Shown piece by piece: positions 54,130 through 64,000 of a stretch of 64,000 bases of DNA. Every line of letters begins with the position of its first letter. The first letter of the stretch is position 1. The translations under genes and the position numbers were made by a program. The DNA comes from the human T2T-CHM13v2.0 reference genome, Homo sapiens, in assembly GCF_009914755.1 (NCBI RefSeq), contig NC_060928.1; one strand, 5' to 3'. The notes under the pieces were generated by a model, which searched no databases, was not told the DNA's origin, and saw nothing but the letters and a program-made list of their open reading frames with translations.

Positions 54130-54232
54130 CTGGGATAAACAACACTTTCCTATCAGTTCAAATATTTAAAATGATAATTAATGAATATTTACAAAAAATT
54201 TTGAGCTGACAAGAAAATGTTGTTTATCCCAG
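54130..54232. repeat. Inverted repeat, 33-bp arms (29/33 match), 37-nt spacer, at the end of a MIR-family element (~54000-54175)
   Basis: CTGGGATAAACAACACTTTCCTATCAGTTCAAA (54130-54162) versus TTTGAGCTGACAAGAAAATGTTGTTTATCCCAG (54200-54232). Confidence 0.92.
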
Positions 54233-54308
54233 GTGATATTCATTAAATAAGATGAATTAATACAGAAATCATTAAGGAACCCAAAGAGAACTCACCAGTT
54301 AATTGGCC

Positions 54309-54310
<2 letters not shown>

Positions 54311-54360
<50 letters not shown>

Positions 54361-54629
54361 ACAGAGTCTCACTCTGTTGCCGAGGCTGTAGTGCAGTGGC
54401 ACGATCTTGGCTCACTGCAACCTTGGTTCAAGCAATTCTCATGCCTCAGCCTCCCAAGTAGCTGAGACTACAGGCACTCCTCACCATGCTTGGTTAATTT
54501 TTGTATTTTTAGTAAAGACAGAGTTTTGCCATATTGTCCAGGCTGGTCTCAAACTGCTGACCTCAGGTGATCCACCCACATTGGCCTCTCAAAGTGCTGG
54601 ATTACAGGCGTGAGCTACCATGCCCAGCT
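54311..54629 (-). mobile_element. AluS whose tail is a (TG)24 microsatellite (54311-54358)
   Basis: The TG run abuts AGACAGAGTCTCACTC directly. Flanking TGGCCAT at 54304-54310 and 54629-54635. Confidence 0.93.
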
Positions 54630-54707
54630 GGCCATCCTTTTTTTTTAAGTCAGACTTCATCTCACAAAATCAAGAATGAATTACTTGAATTTCTGAGACA
54701 TAGAGTA

Positions 54708-54812
54708 TCTGTAACTAGAATTCAGGCATTTATTTCACCAAAAATATTCATTGAGTTTAATTTTTGCCTGGATTTCAGCTTTATGCTCAAATTCCTGAAT
54801 TCTAGTTACAGA
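54708..54812. repeat. Inverted repeat, 24-bp arms (23/24 match), 57-nt spacer
   Basis: TCTGTAACTAGAATTCAGGCATTT (54708-54731) versus AAATTCCTGAATTCTAGTTACAGA (54789-54812). Confidence 0.93.
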
Positions 54813-54919
54813 CAAATGTAAAGATTTGAGCTCACAGCTATGAGTAAAACAGGAGTAACTAGACAGTGCAATGCATTGTGACAAATGCCGTTCACGAGAG
54901 GCAGTCAAGAACAGCTATG

Positions 54920-55160
54920 CCCTGTGGCTTTAGAGCCAGCCAGCCTGGGTTCAAAACCTGACTACACCACTAATTACCTGTGCAGCCTTAGACAAGTTCT
55001 GTAACTTCCTTGTGCCAGATGTCCTCATCTGTAAAACAGAGATTAAAATAGTACCTGTCTCAGGGTGGTTGTGGAGGATCAATTGAGCTAATCCTTGTAC
55101 AGCTCTTAGAAATGTGCCTGCATAAATGAAGCATTCTATGAACAGTGGCTACTATGATGA
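54920..55160 (+). mobile_element. MIR SINE
   Basis: GAGCCAGCCAGCCTGGGTTCAAAACCTG...CCTCATCTGTAAAACAGAG. Confidence 0.85.
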
Positions 55161-56391
55161 TCATGAAGATTTACATGGTGACAAAGGAGAAAAAAGAAAA
55201 GGCACCTACATGATCCAAAGGCACCTGCATGATCCAGGCCTCCAGGGCTCAGGGGATGTAAGCAGCACAGGCTTCTTCTTAAGGGAAGGAGCATCAAAAC
55301 CGAGGCTCACAGGAGGAGCAGGAGTCAAGTTAAAGGGTGGAGAGTGGGGTTGAGAAAGTTTCCCAGGCATGGGCAGGGGGTGTGCAATAACCCAGAAATA
55401 AGGGCAAATGGAAGTTTTGGGGGAAACCACAAAGAATGCTGGCAGGTTAGGCTGGGGAGATAAGCCTTAATTTGATAACCACCCTCTCCCACTTCTACTC
55501 TGGAACTAAAGATGTGTAACTCGTCATACAACTTCTCTGCAGAGCTATGTAATAAATTCTGGGGGAATCCCACTCTTGCTTTAGAGGCTGTGTCACACTG
55601 GAAATTGGGACTTGAGTTGGCATTTGGTCAAGCAGGAGACTTGCCAGAAGCTGCCAGGGGCAGAAGAACCCAGGCAGAGTGCTGGCTGTATGAAGTGAGG
55701 CTCACCCAGGGAAGTCAAGCACTGCTGCAAAAACTGAAAAGGTTGCAGGAGCTAGAGCTGAAAACAAAGCCAAGAGGGCCGAAGGGTAGCCAAGTAAACA
55801 TGGGAAGAGAATACGGAGAGAGAATAAGAGTGGAAAATAAGCAGCAGTGTTCCAGACAACAGCCTGAAGAAGGCTTGGAATGCCAGCATCCTACTTGCAC
55901 AAGCCCAATCACAAGGTGTGCAGATAGCCCAGCCTGGTGAACCAGATGGCCAAGAGTCTGGACAGATAAGAAGCACCCCTATGCATTATAGTTTGAGTCA
56001 TGAGGGGTAGTCTGGGCAGGGGTTAGCAGGGGGACAATCTCTATATAGACCTTTGAGTGTGCTTAAATATTGCCCTCTCTCCATGGGCCTGGGACCATTC
56101 CCACCCTCATCACCCCAGGAAGCCCACTGGGGAGGTATTAGAAGAGACATAGCTTTCAACAGCCACAGCTCTAGAGACAGAAAGTCTGCAGTCACCAGAG
56201 CCCTCCATCTCATATACAAGTAAGCAGGGACAATAATAGAACTCTTGCAGGGTATTGCATGAACCCACAGAGGCAAAGTGCTTAAAAACAGTGCTTGAAG
56301 CATAGTTCTATTGATTCTACTTTATTCATTTAAGAAAATGTACTGAAGCCACTTCTAGGCTCCATGTTGGTTGCTTAGAATACAAAGCTGA

Positions 56392-56901
<510 letters not shown>

Positions 56902-57855
56902 TTACGTATCCTGATCTCTAACACCTCTAAGGGTGGCCCAGGGAGGGAGGAGAAACAAATGACAACAAAAACAAGAACCATGAACATAAGGTGGTGACTC
57001 TGCCCTGAGAAGACACGGGCCTGCTCTCTTGCCAAGCCCATTATCCGCTTATTAGAGAAGACACTGTCCTCCATGAAGAAACAGAAAAAGATGCCAATGT
57101 CCCGCACTTGGAACAAATATATACATCAAAGAGTTAACAACAAGCTGTGACTGAGTCTCCTTTCCTTCCTGACATTCAGGCTCCTGGGTTTTTATTGTTC
57201 CCAATCGATTTATAGATGCAATAAACATAAATACAAGAGGCAATGGATTTGTCCCATGTGAAAAAGGAGGCATCGGTGAGTTTCAAATATATTCAGGGCT
57301 TTAATTTCTACTTGAAGTTTCATGTTTTGAAAATTAAATATATTAAGAGTTAGAACAACTATAATTCTTGGTTGCTCCAACACTAAAACATTCAAAGCAA
57401 GGGAAAAAAAAACGTCTTTCCCAGAATGTAAACTGAGAATGGAAGTAGTTACCAGAATAATTCAAGGCTCTCTAACATCAGATTTTCTAAGTTTTTCACT
57501 TGTTTCTGATAACTGTGACAACTGGGTCTGAATCACATTTTAGGGATCCTTTTTTCCATCTGCTTCCAGAAGGACTTTTGAGCACAAATACATATGTGTT
57601 TCTTCAGACTAAAACATCACAGCAGTGTTGGGTTAAACTATTCTTTTAAATTTGATTTTAAAATTATATGTGCTTTTAATAGAAAAATTAGAAAGCACAG
57701 AAAATCAAAAATAAGGAAAAATCATAACCTACAATTCCAGTTCCTTGTGGCAACCACAGTTTAACTTTGGGGCATTTCCTTTCTGACATTTTGTTTCAAT
57801 GCAAATTTCGCTATTTTTCTATTCACTTGCTTTAAGTAGTTAAGACTATGTTTTA

Positions 57856-58188
<333 letters not shown>

Positions 58189-59359
58189 CTAATGATGTGC
58201 TATAAGTATTAATACTTTGAGTTGCTATTATTTATCATCCCCACATGTCTGACAGCTTTTCCCAGAAAGGTAATTCAACCTGGCTTTTGAACCAAGGATT
58301 GGGAACTGAACCAGCAGGAATGGAAAAGGTAAGGAAAAGTATGCTTTAAGTTTTACTCAGACAGACTGAGCTCTGGGATGAGGATGCTTTGAAGCCTTGA
58401 AGATACTGACTCTTCTCCAGCCATCAGGCAGGCTGAACTGGAAAAGGCAGCAGGACTAGCCCCGGGAGCAGTCACATAGGAGGAGCCATAGTGGTTTAGA
58501 AAACAAAGCAAAACACTCAGGTCCACAGTTCCTGAGAGCCAGCTGATGTCAGAGCCTCTGAGACCACCTTCAGCTGCTCCCCATTTGGCCAGCCTGACAA
58601 GTTAGACTGGTTTATCCTCTACAGTTACTGTATGGAGATGCCAGACACTATCCCCAAACTCATTGCCAGGCACCACCCCCAAACTCACTGCACTAATAGT
58701 GAAGGGGACCCTACTTCTAAAATCTGGCAAAGGCTCTCTATTAATTGACCGGGATAGGGGTTGACAAAAGTTTGCTCTCAAGTGAGTAGATAGATAAGGC
58801 TCTGTGGGTGTCTTACAGTCTCTGCCATGTGTTCTTCTTTGTGTGGTTTTTTAAATAATCATTTTTTTTTAAATCCTTCTTAGGTCAGGCCACAGGTCAG
58901 GGCATATGGACTCCTAGGCAAGAACTTCTTTCCCTTTTTATTAAAAAATAAAATAAAACAGAAATCCTGAGAGTTGTTCTGAAATTGCTGAGACATGCTA
59001 TGTCAAATCTAGTCCAGTCTTCATTGACATCCTGAGAGTAATCAGTACAGGGAATTAAACACTCCATGGGGGAGCCTCCAGTTCCCCTCAGGAGCCATGA
59101 GAGTGCACAGGAGTCCCATTAGGTTCTTCTGGAACTCACAACTCTTTTGAAGTTTAAGAAGATGCCTTCCCAGAATCATAAAAGTCTAACTATTACATTC
59201 AGCACATGATTTGTGACAATGATGAACTACAGGAAAAGAATTCCAGGAAGATCCATGGTTTCCTCTATTGTCATATTTACCAGAAGCACAAACACAAGAC
59301 ACATTTCCTTGACTTGGGGAACTTTTGAATTGAGTTATATGGGGAACTTTAACCAAGAG

Positions 59360-59932
59360 CTAGTGAGTATAAGAGGAGGCTGACTATCCAAACAGACAAT
59401 GGCCCAGCTCTACATAAACGTAGAACTCTGACCCACAACTGGCAACCTGTCCAGAAAACCAATCCATCATCCACAGTAACAAACCCAGGAAGCCAGCCAG
59501 CTGTCTATAATCAGATGTACAGAAGTCAGGTTAGCAGTAACTGGTAATCTCTAGTCATTTGTCCAGGAAGCCAAACAATAACCCCTGTCACAGTAAATCC
59601 ATGATGGCCAAGATTTTATTAATAACTGCCAGGCTTCCTAATTGTTGTCCCCACTTTCAGCTTAGGACCAACCAGCGAAAATTAAATATTCATCCCTAAT
59701 TGATCGCATGGGATGCCCTGCTTTGAGTTAGCCCATGTTCAGATTTCCCAGGCCAACAGCCTCCACCCAGGGCACACCTGAGCCCTTCCCTTCTTTCCAC
59801 TACAAATCCTTCCCACTCCCCTGCCTGCCTTGGAGTCTGGCATGTGATGGTAGCTAACTCCCTTCCTGTAGCAAGCTCTGAATAAATAGCCTTCCTTTGT
59901 TGTCATGTGGTTAGTCTTCACTTATTTTCACA
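59360..59932 (+). mobile_element. ERV1-class solo LTR (subfamily not resolved)
   Basis: Repeated CCAGGAAGCCA motifs, poly(A) signal AATAAA at 59881 and LTR-type end TTATTTTCACA. 5' boundary uncertain. Confidence 0.65.
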
Positions 59933-60285
59933 AGGTTATGACTCTTTTCTCCATTTTACCTATTTTTATCATAAAACTTCACCAAATTTAGTGCCATTAA
60001 TTCAGAATTACATAGAATTTAAAAGTAGACAATAACTCAGGGCCTCTCCAATTTGTCACACTAAAGCTATAAATAAGGAAAGTAAAGCACAGAAATATTT
60101 GGTCCAATGTCCCCTCTATGACATTAGGCTGCCTGCCTGGAAGTAGGATAATTTCCTACCATGCTGGGCTGAAGTTCATTCTCTGTGAAATAGAATACAG
60201 ATTCCAATGAATTGGATGAGTGACATTTGTGTACACTATGTGTACACTGTCATGGTAGATATAAAAAGACATACACACACACAAA

Positions 60286-61394
60286 CGTATATATTATGTA
60301 TACATAATATATTATATATACATAATATATTATATATACATAATATACATATTATATATTATGTATATATATTATGTATATATAATATATTATGTATATT
60401 ATATAACATATATTATGTGTATATTATATATAACGTATATTACGTATTTATAATATATAACGTATATTACGTATATATAATATATTATGTATATAATGTA
60501 TATTTTATATATTATGTATATAATGTATATATTATATATTATGTAATGTATATATTATATATTATGTAATGTATATATTATATATTATGTAATGTATATA
60601 TTATATATTATGTAATGTATATATTATATATTATGTAATGTATATATTATATATTATGTAATGTATATATTATATATTATGTAATGTATATATTATATAT
60701 TATGTAATGTATATATTATATATTATGTAATGTATATATTATATATTATGTAATGTATATATTATATATTATGTAATGTATATATTATATATTATATAAT
60801 GTATATATTATATATTGTATATATTATATAATGTATAATGTAGATATTATATATTGTATAATGTAGATATTATATATTGTATAATGTAGATATCATATAA
60901 TGTATATATAATATATTATATATAGTATATATTATACATATAATGTATATATTATATATAATGTATATATAATATATTATATATAATGTATATATATTAT
61001 ATATAATGTATATATAATATATTATATATAATGTATATATATTATATATAATGTATATATATTATATATAATGTATGAATATATTATATATAATGTATAT
61101 ATTATATATAATGTATATATTATATATAATGTGTATATATTATATATAATGTATATATTATATATAATGTATACATAATATATAATGTATACATATTATA
61201 TATAATGTATACATATTATATATAATGTATATATAATATATAATGTATATATAACATATAAGGTATATATAATATATAATGTATATATAATATATAATGT
61301 ATATATAATATATATAATGCATATATAATATATAATGTATATATAATATATATAATGCATATATAATATATAATGTATATATTATATATAATAT
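60286..61394. repeat. ~1.1 kb AT-rich (TA)n-derived minisatellite, including 11 perfect copies of a 23-bp unit (60541-60793)
   Basis: ATGTAATGTATATATTATATATT starts every 23 bp from 60541 to 60771, flanked by degenerate variants. Confidence 0.95.
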
Positions 61395-62190
61395 GATGAG
61401 GAAACTTGAAAATGAGTTAAAGAGACCCACACATACACAAAGAATTAGAAAATTATATAAGATGCCATTTCCAAAGTGCATTCCACTATTAAGTGAAGAT
61501 GGTGGGTGTACCAAGTTCAACAAGATTTTTGTTCTAAAATTTCCCAGAACATTTAATTTGCAAAGGGGGAGAAACTGTAAATGTACTTCCAAACATAATT
61601 GATTCTAGAACTCATTCTAAGAAAAGCATCTTTTGACTTCAGGATACAGAAATTATATCTTGAAAAATGCTATTGTAGGAGATTATCTAAGATGTTTAAT
61701 GACATTTTGAACTCTTACTGAAAGGAAGTAACTAAGGCAAAAAAAAAAAAAAAGTCACTTCCTTAGAAATGTCCAAGTATGTTCCAGGCATTATGCTAAG
61801 TTATATTCTCTCACAGTATCCCCGCGAGTTGAGTATGATTTTTATGCTTGGTATACCAATGAGGAAAGGCAGGGACCAAGAGGTTGAGCAACTTGCCCAA
61901 GAGTTGCTTTCCCCAAGAAAAGCTCACTAATGATCCTGCCTTCACTACATTGGCCTCAGGGGGTGCCACTTCCCCTTTATGCTTGTGGTCCTAGGACAGA
62001 GGGCCCTTTCACCTCTGTGTGTATATCTAAGGCAAGACGTGAATGTGACTCCTAAAAGGCTTTACCAACGGGGAGTTAACATCAGCAAAATACACATAAA
62101 GGATCTTCAGGTTCTAAATATTTGAACTTGTAAAAGAGCTAAGAGTGGTTTGGTTAAATATTTGAACTTGTAAAATGACTAAGAGTGGTC

Positions 62191-62908
62191 TGTTATGAGC
62201 TAAATCGTGTTCCTCCAAATTTATATTGAAACCCTAACCCCAGATATAACTGTAGTTGGAGATAGCATCCTTAGGAGATAATTAAGGTTAATTGAGGACT
62301 TAAGGGTGAGGCCCTAATTTACCTCTCCTCATCTTTTCTCTTTCTATCTTTCTTCATTTCTTCCTCTGCCATGTGAGGACACAGTAAAAAGTCAGCTGTC
62401 TACAAGTCAGGAAAAGAGCCTTCACTAAACCTGAGTCTGTTGGAATCTTGATCTTCAACTTCCCCCAGCCTCCAAAACTGAGAAAATGTATTTCTGTTGC
62501 TTAAGCCACTGGGTTTATGTATTTTGCTATGGTATCCTGAGATAACCATGAGAAAGTCCTAACCCCCAGTACCTCAGAATGTGACTGTGTTTGGTGATGG
62601 AGCTTTTAAAGGAGTAATTTAATTAAAATGAAGCTGTTAGGGTAGACCCTAATCCAATCTGACTGGTGTCTTTATAAGAGGAGGAGATTAGGACACACAT
62701 ACAAATACCAAGGGTGAGCAGGACAGAGGGACTGCTATGTGAAGGCAGCAAGAGGGCTGCCATCTGCAAGAGGCCTCAGAGGAAAACAGCCCTGCCGGCA
62801 CATTGATCTTGGACTTCCAGCTTCCTGAACTGTGAGAAAACATATTTCTGGTGCTTAAACCACCCAGTCTGTGCTATTTTGTTATGGCATCTCTAGCAAA
62901 CTAATAGA
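62191..62908 (+). mobile_element. Two abutting MLT1A/MLT1B LTRs (~62191-62553 and ~62554-62908)
   Basis: Two successive MLT1 bodies, each with CTAACCCC..., GATCTT..ACTTCC..CCTCC..AACTG.GA and TATTTTG.TATGG 3' ends. Confidence 0.8.
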
Positions 62909-62909
62909 G

Positions 62910-63160
62910 TCAGAATCATCAAATTCAAATCCCAGTACCTTCACTTATTGCATATGTGACCTGAGAAAAGTCATTTGATTCTTCTGAGCCTCAATCTTTT
63001 TGTCTGCAAAACTGGAATAACAATAGCATCCAGTGATCTTTTACATTTGCTGTGAAGTTGATGAGACCACTTCAGATCACTGATCAGAGTGCTTGGTATA
63101 TAGTGGTAGAGTGCTCGGTATATAGTGGTAGAGTGCTCAACTAGTGTGAGCTACCATTAC
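62910..63160 (+). mobile_element. MIR SINE with an internal 22-bp tandem duplication
   Basis: TTCAAATCCCAGTACC...TGTGACCTGAG; AGAGTGCT(T/C)GGTATATAGTGGT twice at ~63086-63129. Confidence 0.8.
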
Positions 63161-63457
63161 CACTGGCATTTACTCCCAAGTGACAGAGTCTGTCTCTATC
63201 TCCCACTGCTTGAGAGTGACCTCATAGGTACCTAGGTGCTTCAAGTGCAGGTCAAGAAGGGAATACAAAAGTAAACTTATTGTCCATGTAAGCCACCCAC
63301 CCCTTCTGTGGTTCCTGACCAAGGATCTGCCAGCCCAGATGGTTGACACTGGAAACATAAAAATGTTTCCTGCCACCATCGGGGTATGTTTAACCTTGAT
63401 CTTGTAGCCCATTGTCTTAGTCATTTTCTGCTGCTATAACAGAATATTAAAGACTGA

Positions 63458-64000
<543 letters not shown>

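Noticed and set aside
55512-55940. 142-aa ORF, the longest outside obvious repeats
   Set aside because: No recognisable domain or exon context. An ORF of this length is expected by chance in 64 kb.
60207-61592. Y/I-rich ORFs 60207-60569 and 61158-61592
   Set aside because: Translation of the TA minisatellite.

Overview
Primate (very probably human) non-coding genomic DNA, read by eye. I found no supportable protein-coding gene, RNA gene, CRISPR array or CpG island. The ORF track is almost all spurious: Alu-, LTR- or microsatellite-derived frames, plus broken L1 ORF1/ORF2 fragments. Most of the window is transposon relics: L1, Alu, MIR, L2, MaLR/ERVL/ERV1 LTRs and hAT/Tigger DNA elements. The main structure is a ~15 kb nest (~10975-25935): a MIR split by a near full-length L1PA15/16, which holds a complete MSTA provirus; that provirus holds an internally deleted L1PB1, an inverted THE1A remnant and an Alu, and several target-site duplications (TSDs) are still readable. 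Features that repeat annotation does not explain: (i) a perfect 30-bp inverted repeat 1.6 kb apart (33032-33061 / 34683-34712); (ii) two long fold-back hairpins within 700 bp (54130-54246 and 54708-54812); (iii) a self-templated patchwork insertion in L1 ORF2 (20041-20160). These look like template-switch or repair scars, and one may form a structured RNA. I see no evidence for a new gene-encoded system. Repeat subfamily names come from remembered consensus sequences, and boundaries without a TSD are approximate; confirm with RepeatMasker/Dfam.
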